Source: Camelus ferus
Taxonomy: Eukaryota
Length of the DNA: 64,000 nt
Direction: 5' to 3'
NCBI RefSeq assembly: GCF_009834535.1
Contig: NC_045696.1
Location: forward strand, 96,164,001 to 96,228,000
Below the pieces are notes generated by a model. It was not told where the DNA came from. It ran no database searches and saw nothing but the letters and a program-made list of their open reading frames with translations. Shown here in pieces: positions 1-11,653 of this stretch (within the stretch, counting starts at the first letter, position 1; each line of letters opens with the position of its first letter). The position numbers and the translations under genes were made by a program.

Positions 1-44
1 GGTTGCTAAGAGGCACCAGGAAAATCATTTGTTAAGAATGCTAA

Positions 45-70
45 GTGCTCGCTTCGGCAGCACATATACT
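45..70 (+). pseudogene. RNU6: U6 snRNA 5' fragment (nt 1-26), 3'-truncated tailless retropseudogene
   Basis: GTGCTCGCTTCGGCAGCACATATACT equals the first 26 nt of U6. Flanked by direct repeat AAGAATGCTAA at 34-44 and 75-85, with an L1 endonuclease-type site TT|AAGA at 32-37. No poly(A) tail. Confidence 0.9.
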
Positions 71-629
71 TAAGAAGAATGCTAAGTGTTGGTCAGTAAA
101 GCAAAAACAGGTAGAGAGGGGGCGGAGGAAGAAAGCTATGTGTATAGTCAATGTAGAACATCTGATGAGCCATATGGGTCAAATGTCGCCACCAAAGATT
201 AAATGATAAATGAATCAAGAGTTGCAAAATCAAGCGCCTATAGGATCAGACAAGCATCTCCCCAGCGCGGGGGCCAGAGGATATCAGCAGAGGATGCTGT
301 GAGCTGGTGACCCGGGGAGCACATCCCCTAAAGGCAAGAGGCAGCTGTCACTACCAGGCCATTCACACTCAGTGAGGGCAAATCTCCTTTTTTAAGATGG
401 GATCCAAACCTGGATTCTTACGTGAAATTTCCTGATGTTTTCCACATTGCTCAGGCCAAACAAGACCATGTCTCCAGTGTGGAAGATAGCCGTTCCCTTA
501 TGAGCTTGACAAGGAAAACAAACCCCACCTCTGCCCTCCTCCTCCTCCCACTCCCGGCCCTTCAAAATCACCCCCAGGACTGTGCTGCATTAATTGTATT
601 CCAGGGCAGGATAATGGAAAGAACTGCAG

Positions 630-800
630 ACTCAGTTTCGATCAGATCTGGTAGGAACCCTGACCTTACCTATTACTAGCTGTGTGAGTCAGGGCAGGTT
701 AATCAACATGTCTGAACCTTGGATCTTTCCACCTGGGGAGGAAAACGGGAATAAAACACGCTTAGGACGAGGGCTGCCTGAGAAGTCAAGCACAGAGTTC
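630..800 (+). mobile_element. MIR SINE fragment
   Basis: MIR core-like 'ttactagctgtgtgagtcagggcaggttaatcaacatgtctgaaccttgg'; boundaries approximate. Confidence 0.6.
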
Positions 801-1849
801 CAGGCTTAAGATACAGCAACTGAGGACATGTTCATCCTTTTCTATCATGACATTTCATTCATTTTAAAAGCCAGCTTACAACCAATCACATCACAACATA
901 GTTAATAAAATAGTCAAAGGATGACATCAATGGATGGCTGGAAAAAAACCCAGAAAATCTCTAGGCATCGATACCACTGAACCTCAGGAATGGCTGTGAA
1001 ACCTGGAGCTGCCACAGACATCACATTCTCGAGAGCTTTCGTCAGCTCTCAGCTGAGGGAGCAGTAGGTGGCAGGACAGGTCTCCCGCCCATCAGCGAGG
1101 TCCTGGACCTGAGCCCATTACTGTGGCTGAAGCAATCCTTGTTGCAACACCCTTGCAGGCGCTGGGACGTGCAGAGGGTGCACACTGCTCTGCAGTGAAC
1201 TGCACAGGGGGCCCGGAAGCTTCGGCGCCACTGGTGAAGAAAGACAGCAGGCAGATAATGCTCAGAGGCACCTTAAAGGAAGCTCTTGAAGCAAAAAGAT
1301 CAGTCAAATGACTCCTCCCAGGGCGGCTAAAACCACAAACCGCATGAGAGTCTCGGAATAAACAAAGTGGCAAGAACTCGGTCTCACCGTGTGTACAAAC
1401 CTGTCACTCACTAAATACACTCTATTGTGCACCTGCAATATGCAGCGGGGCTTACGAGGCTTAGCCCGTCCCCTGTGCAACTGTGCCAGATGCTTCATAA
1501 ACACTCACTCCAACCTCGAAGTTAGCCCATAATGGATGCTCCATCACACCCACTGCTATACATGAGAAGGAGCCTCAGAAAGCTGGCAGGCAGCAGAGCA
1601 GGGATGGGAACCCAGCACTCCCCCACACGCCCCCCACACTAGGGGAAGTGGCAAGGTTTCTGTTTTTTGTGGTTTTTGTTTTTTGGATTTTTTTTTGCCA
1701 AGCTAGGAAAATATTTTAAAATGTAAGCCATTAAATGAGAAACTTAGCAAAATCTTCCACCAGTCCTATATCTCTCTCTACCTCCCACCTGCTCTCTCTT
1801 TTTCCCACTGCAGGCATGTTTTTTTTGAAAGAGTTGGCTGAAGTCGCTC

Positions 1850-2880
1850 CCTTACGTCCTCACCTCACAAGCATTACTCAACCCTCAGTCATCAGCCCTC
1901 TGCTTCTACCCCTACCTACCCCCCACACCCCTCCACCTCCAGGAGGACACAGGCAGCCTGGGCAAAGACCAACAATGACCTCTTTGTTACTAAGTCCCAT
2001 CCAATGGCATTTTGCGTCCTATGTCTCTTGACTTCCCTGCACCATAAAACTAGTTACAACCTCTCATCTTGGTTCACGTGACATTCATCTTTGCTGATAA
2101 CCCTTCCAATTCTCTGACCACTCCTCCAGGCACTTCTCTCTCCTTAGGATTGCTCAGTGAAAACATCAAGGTCAGCCTTCTCCTGTCCTCAGTCTACCAG
2201 GCAGGTTCATCCTGGGCAATCTCATCCACTCCCATAGCTTTTTCTATCACTGATCTTCTATCGACCTTAAATTTACAGCACCAGCCAGGAGCACTTCCCC
2301 AGGCTCCAGGCCTCTATCCTCAATTACTTAGCAGACATCTCTACATGGATACTACACAGGCATCCTGAAATCAAAGAACTGAAGTCTGAACTCCACCCAC
2401 CCTTTAATGTGCTCCTCCTCTCTTGGGCCTGAACATCAATGAAGGAAACCAACACCCACTGCCAAATACTGGAGGCCACAACACTCCTCCTCCCTTTGCA
2501 CCAACACCAGTCAGCCACCAATTTCTCAACAGGCCTCAAATTTGCCTCTCTGTCACTCAAGGCCATCACCATCTCCCCACCAGGTAACAGCAGGTTGTCG
2601 TGGGCCACACTCAGCATTTCCACATGCTCCTTTCCTATTGGGCCTTCAGCAAACCTGCCACAACCTAGCATCAGAGCTGCCCTGGAACTGCCCTGATCTC
2701 CACTCCCCCCACTAGGGGACACCTCTGTATTTCCAAAGCATCCCAACCTCTCATTCTTTACTCTGTGGTCTGTTTACTTCTGGATCCTCAACTAGACTCT
2801 AAACTCCTTGAAGGCAGAAACTTAGCCTCCTCATCTTTACAATCCCAGGGCCTAGAACATGAGTAGACCTTCAGTAAACG
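1850..2880 (+). mobile_element. L2 LINE remnant
   Basis: L2-like motifs 'atctcatccactcccatagcttt', 'gacatctctacatggat' and 3' end 'tagactctaaactccttgaaggcaga'; boundaries approximate. Confidence 0.6.
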
Positions 2881-4387
2881 ACCTTATGGAAAAGGTCAGA
2901 TAACGGTTGACACTGAAGGAGAGGTAGAGATTTCCAAGGTATGGAAAGAGGGGGAGAAAGGAGGTCACTTAAGAGTATGAACAGGAAAGAAGAAAAGCAG
3001 GGGGCTAAACAAAAGGCATGCCCCTCGAGACGCAACGGTCTGGCTAAATAGAGAATTCCTGATCAGACAAAAATGATCTTGAATGTCATTTAGGCAAAGA
3101 CTAATGGAAATAACACAAGAAAAACTACATTTACAAAGCACATAATTTATAAATATGTATTCTAATTTAACCTCATAATGATTCTATTGAGTAGATACTA
3201 TTGTCATCTGACTCAGAGGATTAATTACAAGATAAGCAGATTCCCCCAAGTTTAGTGCCAACTTTTAACCAACAGGACCCAGCATCTTTTGGCTTCCACA
3301 CTCCATGATCTCCAACCCTAAAAAAAAAAAATAACTCCTTATATTTCATTAGTAACTGTAATTCAAGAATTCCCCTGTCATATCACACTCAGGCTTAGAG
3401 AGCATGACTACATGGGTTATACAGAAAGAAGAATCTAGCAACATGAAGCAGGAGAGATTTGAGAGGAAAGAGGTAAGAAGCAGGAAGACCACAGAGGTCA
3501 GTGCAGGACCACACACGAGACTAGGAGGGCCTCCACCGGGGGACGGGAGGAGCCAGGTGAGGACGAAAGCAGAGAAATGCTACTGCAACAGAGGAAGGAG
3601 AACGCCTAGGTCAGTGATGGACTAGGTGAGCTATCCAACCTCTCCACCAAGAGATGAAGAAAATATTCATAAACAAGGATGAAAGGAAGACAATTTGTTA
3701 CAAAGAAAGAGAAAAGAGTCAAAGTTTAGAGATGCTGAGTTTGAGGAACACAGAGAGACAGCACGCTCCAAGGTACACAATGGACTGATGTCTGGGGGAA
3801 GGAGGAGTAAGATTATGGAAGAGAGGCGATGGCCGAGCATCCAAGGAGACGCGAACGCTCTTGAGAAAAAGAAAATGAAAAACTGTGGCCTGATCTGGGT
3901 AAGCAGTTCATCTAGAGAAGGAAGTAAAAGAGATGCAGGAGGCAAGAGACAACTCTCAGAAGCCGGTAGAGGAAAATAAAACATCTCATTTCCCAAACCT
4001 GGAAAACAAATTTGACTCCAGAAAATTCAAATACTATGTCTGAACTAATTAAAATCCAACTCTTCCATATAATTTCAATATGAATGAAGAAAATGGGAAC
4101 ATGGATCCCCCACCAAAGTACGAATTGTCATTTATAACCAGAGTTTGAATTTTGGACTCAATTCTAATAGAAAAAACAAATAAATGAATCATCCAGATCA
4201 CTAAGCAGCGCCCCTCACCTACTTCAAGGGGTCGAACTCGTGCTAAATGTACTTTGCATTTTAGTATGTTTTTCGAGACGACAGGAATGTGCTTATTAAA
4301 TACTTTTCCTTGGTCTTAACTCATCCATTAATGTACAGTGAATTGCTGTTTCTCTTCCTTTTTTCTTTTTCTGTGTACTCTTTCTTC

Positions 4388-5275
4388 CTTTTTAGCTTTT
4401 TTGAGATATAATTTACATACCATAATTTTCATCCATTTAAAATGTACAATTCAATGACTTTTAGTAAATTTAGTAAATTGTTGTGCAACCATCATTATAA
4501 TCTAGTTTTTATCACCCCCATAAAACCCCTCATGCCCTTATAGGTAATCTCCACTCCCACTCCAGCCCTTTTAACCTACTTTCCACCTCTGCAGATTTGC
4601 CTCTTCTGGACAGTTCTTCTAAATAGTATGTGGTCTTTTGTACCTGGTCTCTTTCCCTAACAAAGTGTTTTTGAATTCAGCCATATTATAGCTGCATTTC
4701 ACACCTTTTTATTGCTGAGTACTATTCCATCGTGTGATTACACTACATTTTGTTTACCCATTCCTCAGTTGACATTTGGGTTGATTCAACTCAGCTATTA
4801 TGAATAATGCTACTAAAAGCACTTGTATATAAGTCTTCGCATGGGCATGTATTTTCATTTCTCTTGAGTAGATACTATCTATGAGTGGAATTGTTGGGTC
4901 ATAAGGTAAAAAATTTAGGTTAAACTTTTTAAGAAACTACTAAACTGTTTTCAAGGTGGTCATATCATTTTAAATTCTCACCAACAACCTATGAGGATTC
5001 CTCTCTCCCCACATCCTTGCCAGCCTTGGTTGTTGTCTTTTTTATTTATAGCCATTCTGGTAAATGTGAAGTAGTATCTCACTGTGGTTTTAATTTGACT
5101 TCCCCTAATGATGTTGAGCATATTTTCACGTGCTCTTGGTAAAATGTCTAAACAAATCTTTAGACTACTTTTTTGGTTATGCTGTTTTCTTCTTATTAGG
5201 AAATTGTACAAGTTCTTTGTATACTGTGAGTTTAATCCTTTATCAGAAATGTGATATGCAAATATTTTCTCCCAG
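4388..5275 (-). mobile_element. Old L1 (L1M-type) 3' region
   Basis: Antisense L1 3' end 'gagatataatttacataccat...aaatgtacaattcaatg'. The ORF2 C-terminal remnant is visible in ORF 4978..5211 (QIKTTVRYYFTFTRMA...GCGE). Confidence 0.85.
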
Positions 5276-6849
5276 ATTCTTTTCCGTGTCTTCCTTACTG
5301 GCTAACTGTCTGCTCTCTCACTGCTGCTTGTGGCTCCCCCACTTCTAGACACTGCTTCTCCTTCAGTGGGGGTAAGCCGCACTGGTTTCCTTGTAATCCA
5401 GTAAGGTCTAAGTGAAGTCAAGAAGGGGAAAACCACATAACTTGCACGCAGAGGAACATAAAATTAAAGATGTGTTTTTCATGGAAACTTCCTGAAATGT
5501 TTCCATGAGAAGTTGGATTCAAGAAAACTATGTTTACTAAAATCGAAAGATCATTATTATAAAGTTTAGAAAATCGCCTCAATCATTCTCCTGGGTAAAC
5601 TTTAATAGATGAAAAAAAAAGCCTTGTCTTCCTTTAAAAATACCGCAACACTGGCACCCAAAAAGGAGGGACTCTAAGGACCTAATCGTTGTCTGTGACC
5701 AGTTAACCAGGAAGTAGCCTCTGACTGCCCAACATGCGCCACATGCCGTAGCCATTACAGGTGAGGCAGGGATGGAGTGTCTAACTCTCAAATGAGATGA
5801 TGGGTGCAGGGAATCTCTGAAAATTTGGAAACCCTTTTTAACATCTACTAATAAATCCAGCATCTAAACTTCACATGATACTAGGGAACAGAAGAAAAGG
5901 ACAAAGTAACAAAGAAGTAGAGGCTAAGTGCCTCTCCACGTGCTGCCCAACTCTTACACACACCTTTTGCCTCCCAAGTCCTCTTTCCTTGCTGACTCAG
6001 CAAATGTAACTGCTTACCCTGGCCAGAAGACTGCTTCGTACTGGGGGCACGAGGTTACTTGGGGTCCCTCTGCAGGGGTGGGGCAGACAAGCAATGCCAG
6101 TGAGGGGACTTGGGGATCTCACACGGTTTCGCTTCATGAGTGTGACTTCCCCTAGAGCCGTCCCATACACGCACGTTTGCCTTCAGCGGCACACTTTCCA
6201 AAACAGTTCCCACGATTTCTTCTCTCTTTGACCAACCCCTGAAGGAAGTCAGAACACAGCAACCAGATGAGGCTGCTGAAGGAGGAGTGGGGGAAATGTG
6301 TTATAGCATTCAATGCGCCGCCTGATCTCAGGTAATTGTTATAAAAAGGTTGTGAGGAATCTGAAGGTCAGAAAAAAATAAGATATTTAGACAAAATCAC
6401 ACACCAGTCACTCAAAGGCAATTTAATTATTCCTAGCCAAATTCTATAGTTACCACAAAGAAACACAAGGACTTAAGAGGCAAATGTTCAAATGATATTA
6501 AAGTTCTTAATGGGGATCTATGTTTGAGGAAAATACAGAAGCCCATGTAAATCTGAGTCCTGATGGGTATGTTTTAGGTCCTTCAGTCCATTTCTAGAAA
6601 GGCCAGGTGATCTGATGGAGGAGATCCAACTGGTAAGTGTCAAACCAGAACTAGAACTCTGGACATTACAGGAAGAATTGGATGCTGATTGCATGTGAGC
6701 TTTATAAAACACTCTTACATGTATCAGTGCTAGATCTTTTACTTTTTTAATAGTCTCCAATTGTATCTAAGTCTCATCATAGATGCATACATGAGCTGAG
6801 GCTTGAGGGGGGAATGAGTTAGAAGCAGGGATGGGAAGACATAAGCTAA

Positions 6850-7030
6850 TATGTCCTGAGTGCATCCTTGGACCCAGGTTCTGACAAGTGCCCTACAGAT
6901 GATCTCACATAATCTTTATTACAATCGTATAGCAGAGTATCATCATTCTCATTTCAGAGATGAGGACACTGAATCACAGAGATGTGAAGTAAGTTTCCCA
7001 GGGCACTCAGCAGCATTAAGATGGAAAGCA
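6850..7030 (-). mobile_element. MIR SINE
   Basis: 'cattctcatttcagagatgaggacactgaatcacagagatgtgaagtaagtttcccaggg' is an antisense MIR core. Confidence 0.7.
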
Positions 7031-7241
7031 TACACAGAAATGGCCTGTGCTTTGTGGCAGGCTGAAAGGGATGTGAAAATGAACAGCTCTTGTCTGCTAC
7101 AGCCGTTCATATCCAAAGAGATGCTTTTTCTGAATCATGGAGGCATATATGTGTATTTTTTTCATTTTTTAAAAGAAAAGATCAAAATGCCATGTGTTCA
7201 AACTCCTACCCAACTGTTTTTGTTTTTTCTTTTTTCCCCAG

Positions 7242-7339
7242 AAATCAAACCAGGAATAACCTATGCTGAACCCTTGCCTCAATCGCCCCCGAGTGTTTCC
7301 TGACACATATTCTTGCTTATAGCCCATCTTAACTAAAGA
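7242..7339 (+). other. GPR87: GPR87 exon 2, 5' UTR portion
   Basis: Strong acceptor 'ttttttcttttttccccag|AAATC' (AG at 7240-7241); resembles the human GPR87 5' UTR as I recall it. Confidence 0.8.
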
Positions 7340-7373
7340 ATGGGGCTCAACTTGACACTTGCAAAATTACCAG
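7340..7373 (+). CDS. GPR87: GPR87 first coding exon (MGLNLTLAKLP + 1 nt, phase-1 intron follows)
   Basis: Strong Kozak context agaATGG; peptide matches the GPR87 N-terminus (human MGFNLTLAKLP); donor CAG|GTAAGC at 7373/7374; joins in frame to the exon at 11654. Confidence 0.93.
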
Positions 7374-8163
7374 GTAAGCCACAGGAAAAGAAAAATTAAA
7401 AAAGAAGGGGGGGGGGAGAAATTCTTACTTGCTCAATAACTGATATATACACTATGTGGCAATTCGTGGGTTTTAGGGGCCACCAAACCAACTAATAAAA
7501 TAAACCAGCATTTATCCTTGCCTTTCATTAGATGTAAAACAGCAACCACGCAGGATGGCATCACTGAGAGAAATTTAACTTGCCATCACTTCATTTTAAG
7601 CTTTGTTTCATCTACAGACCACCTCTAAAAGGACAAGAAAGATTAAATTAATAACAACTGGAGAAGTCTTTTTATATCCAAACTAAAGTATATATTACCT
7701 TCCAGACGTAATAATCTAGATTGAGGTTCACCAAGGTTCCCTAAGAGGACAAAGACCATTATCTACTCACACTACTGGGCAACTAGAAAATGATCGTGCC
7801 AGGGCAGCTGTGCCCAGGCAGTGACACCCTGTAATGTGCATGACTCTGGTGTTTCATTCCTGCCTGGCAGGTAGAGCAGCGACATTATTGTTGATACTTT
7901 CACATCTTGTGCCAAAGTGTGACACGCCCCAAGGAGCAACCATGTTGCTTCCTCAAAAGGAAATGGGACCAAGATTCTTTCCCCCTCGATTGTCTGTAAT
8001 GCGACTGCAATCGATGAGACAAACTGTAACCAGCACCCGAAGTTACAGAGTGAATGCCTGCTGAGTACTAGATACTATGCTTGAAATGTCTGCAAGGCAT
8101 CTAACACTCAGAAGCCAAACGCTGCTATTTATTCCTTTTCACAAAGTCATGAAGTGGCTAAAC

Positions 8164-8255
8164 CAGCACTGTCAAACAGGACTTTCTGCAATGCCCTTTA
8201 TCTGCACTGTCCAATACAGGAGCCACATGTGGCCAGTGAGACTTCTGGCTACAAA
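8164..8255. mobile_element. MER3/MER33-like hAT-Charlie DNA transposon fragment
   Basis: 'cagcactgtcaaacaggactttctgcaatg...tatctgcactgtccaatacaggagccacatgtggccagtgag' resembles MER3. Confidence 0.6.
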
Positions 8256-9117
8256 TCATATGCGTTTCTCCAACACACACAAGCACAGGCAGCCCCAGCC
8301 GGCAGCCCCAGCATACCCTCCACAGTACGACTCCCACAGCACGATGATTTACCATGGAACTAGAGCTCTTACATCACTGCTTTTGTTAATTTAGTTTAAA
8401 AGGGGCTGGAGCAGGAGCGGGGGGCAGGGGAGAAAAATAATAAAAGGAAATCTGACCCTCAGTTATCACTCTGTAATCAAGCTCTGCGCTGAACAACCCA
8501 GGGAACAACATCTCGGTAAACAAGGAGTGTGTGAGATGTGAGAGAACACCCTTTACACTGAAAAAACAGCTTCAAATTTTTATTAATTGAATCACTAAGC
8601 TACCTGCCATATAAAATGTTCCCTAACTCGGCCAAGTTCTTTACTGACCGTGACTAACAACAAGACAAAACCGCCGGAGCGAAGACAGCCACTCGCTCTT
8701 AATGGTCATCGTTCCTGAGCAGGAGCACGGTGCAGAGAAATGCTTCTGAACAAACCCACAGGCTTTGAAAAACCTGGGGCAATGGTACAGAAGAGAAGAA
8801 ACAATGCAGGTAGTTGACAGAAAAGAAGGCGTAGACTTAATTCTTTAAAAAAAAAAAAAAAATCAGTGTCATACAAAGCTCTCTACATTAAGTTTTGAAC
8901 CATCCAGAGCAACCCACAGATGGCTCTTCTTGCTTCTTAGGAACCGTTTTCCTTTTTCGTTACTGCCATATTATTTCATAGAATGACCCATGATGGGCTT
9001 TAACCATTAATTTAAGCTGCTAATGCAGCTTGATGTGCAATTTACTTCATTTGCAATCATCAAGTCCAAGCCTATTCCATTGAATTAAAAAGTCCTATAT
9101 TCCAAAATGGTAATCCC

Positions 9118-9166
9118 CTAAATAAGTAAATAAACCTAATTACCTCCAACTCCAAAAAAAAAAAAA
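9118..9166 (+). mobile_element. 5'-truncated camelid-type SINE (tail only)
   Basis: 'aaataagtaaataaacctaattacctcc' + A-tail matches the 3' part of the full SINEs at 14281 and 30672. Imperfect TSD ggtaatccc (9109-9117) / ggcaatccc (9167-9175). Confidence 0.7.
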
Positions 9167-10489
9167 GGCAATCCCATACATAAAGTAAGGAAGCAAATAC
9201 TGTGAGGTGACGCAATCAGCAAGTTTAGCAGCAGACTGTCTCAAAGCCACAGAACAGTCAGCAGTCACTCTGGAACCAGGTCACTTGTGCCTGATATTCC
9301 TCATGACTCAGTGTATATATAAGGACTATTTTTGACAGTCTGATTTAAGATTATCTTTAATAATATCTATAATTGATCGGTAAATGATCGTCATTTACTA
9401 AGGGTGCTTGTTTGTACAATTAAAACTTTATATAATGAACAGACACGAAATCCTTAAACACCCCTGAGAAGTATGGGTCCTCCGGTTCCACAACGGATAT
9501 GCACAGCAGACCCAGCGAGCCAGCACAAAGGGCTGAACCAGTCCATGTCTAGTACACTACAGCTTGGGAGCCATTCTATTTGCGTCTACGATGGCTGAGA
9601 AAATCATTCCTTAGTAACTGTTACAAGGCACAGCCATCATTTCAGGAGATAATGCAGCTGCCCCTTTTCAGACTGGACTACGTATCCCAATTAAAAGTTA
9701 CTTTTCCTCTCTCCAGTTCCCTTAGGGTTCTACTCTGGGTTATAGAAAAGTAACAGCTAGTAGTTAAATTGGGGAAATTAATTCAAGCAGATATCTTAAC
9801 CCAGGTAAAACTGCACATCTTCAGAAGCTTCTAAAGGCATGGACGCTCATGCGGATCTTGTGGTGCAGAAGCAGCCAAGCCAGCAACACTTCATTAAGTC
9901 AAAGTAAGCTTGAACAATACTGTTCAAGACAATATCTGAAACTGGAAACAGTAACATAGATGGCAGCTGAATCAGTCATTTTAAACTTGTAAAGCTTAAT
10001 AGTACTGTGGGTCTCATCGTAACAGGCTAGTCCAGGTATAAATTAACAGCCTGTGTAAGGATATTCAAGCCAGGAAAACCAGTTTTTAAAAACACTTGTA
10101 GCAGAGAATAAAAGAGAAAGAATCAGAAAGAGGACAAGGTTACTTAAGGAAGAGTCTACGTTTACATTTCAGGCAGCAATTTAAGAACCTGTTTTTGAAT
10201 TTTAATCATCAAAACTATCATCCCTGGTTCAGTTCTTCAAAGAGGAACAAAGTATACACTACACTGCCTGTCATGTAGGGAAATGAGGGCTAAATTCATG
10301 CTGTTTTACCTCTAAAACAAAATCAATTCAAAACATGACTGTAATTAAACATTATTAATTAGTGAGAGGTGAAAATTCAGAAATGATTTTCCTTGTAAAC
10401 TTACAAAAAGTAACTTCAAAAAGTTCATTTGCAAATTGTTAGTTCCAGTTTGAAAAAAAAATTTTAAAAGACAAAATGTAACTGGATTA

Positions 10490-10850
10490 CAAGAGCCAAG
10501 AGATTTACTGGGAGTCGGAATGCCTGCAGGGATTGCAGACTGTTGTGCTGGTCTGACCCCTGTGGAGGGAAGAGGAGGAAGATTCAGACTGCAGTGCAGT
10601 TTGAAGAAAGTTTTGGCCAGACTGATGAAAAGTCCTCCAGCCAAAGTCACTGGTCAGGGGAATCCCTACCGTCCCAGGAACAGCCGTGTCTTAGTATCCT
10701 TCCTGTGCTCAGTCACGGGCTGGGAGCAGTCCACGGGAACATGGCATCAGCAAGAAAACGGTGCTGGATTCAGAGCACTGAGCTGGAGTTGCCCATCAAT
10801 TACACCCCCCACAGGAGGAGATCTGAGAGGCCCATTCCCAGAGCTGTCAT
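10490..10850. mobile_element. ERVL solo LTR, LTR33-like, in GPR87 intron 2
   Basis: 'cagactgcagtgcagtttgaagaaagttttggccag...ttagtatccttcctgtgctcagtcacgggctggg...ggagatctgag' resembles LTR33 family consensus. Confidence 0.6.
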
Positions 10851-11653
10851 GCACATCCCAATGTTTATAAACTGTATCATCGATTATATGATACAGCAGG
10901 CATAGGTCTCTAACAACATGAGCTAAAAATTCCAAAATAGCACAAAATTTAAAATGTTCACATCCTAAATGCAATAGGTATAATCTAGTCTTACAGATAA
11001 AAATAGGTACCAGCCTACAATGATTTTTAATAATTGTCCTCCTTGATAATGAATTTGAATGTTAATAACAATTGTTTCTTTTTGTTTCTCTTCCTGACAA
11101 TGGTCTCTAAAGTTTTTTAAGCACTGTAAGAAAGTCATGAGCAAAACATTCAAAATGACCCACTAGTTTTACTCTTTCCTAATTCCTGATGATTAAACAG
11201 CTTAAAATTGAGAGAGACAGAGAAAAGATATTTCAAAGAGCATGCCAAATACTGCACTAAAAGAATAATCACAAGCTACCATTTTTCCTTGTTATATGAA
11301 ATTTTAAGTTTTGTGCTCCCAGATTTTGTTGATTCTAGTTGTAATGATGTCAAACCTTAAGTTAAAAATCTAATCAGGATAATTTTTACTGATATATTTA
11401 TTTTCATTTTTAAACGGTGAGCACAGAGAACCAGAAATTTCACAACTTACTCAAAGGACTTGGGGAGAGGGATGGGATTTAGGGGTGAGGGCACCAATTC
11501 TTGAGCCACTCAAAATATTAACAATGTACTAAAAAGATTCTTTAAAGACATTTTTAAACAAGCCCAAAACAGCAAGATTTCAGCCTGTAAGGAAGCCTAG
11601 CAGTCTGGGGAGCACACACATGGAGCACTGATGTCTCCCCACTTCTCCTACAG

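Noticed and set aside
45..70. Functional U6 snRNA gene
   Set aside because: Only 26 nt; lacks the ACAGAGA box and the rest of U6; flanked by a TSD.
6860..7303. 147-aa ORF upstream of the GPR87 start
   Set aside because: Runs through a MIR and a splice acceptor tract; no protein-like features.
9909..9928. Palindrome CTTGAACA-atac-TGTTCAAG resembling a steroid response element
   Set aside because: Spacer is 4 nt rather than 3; one 8-bp-arm palindrome is plausible by chance in 64 kb.
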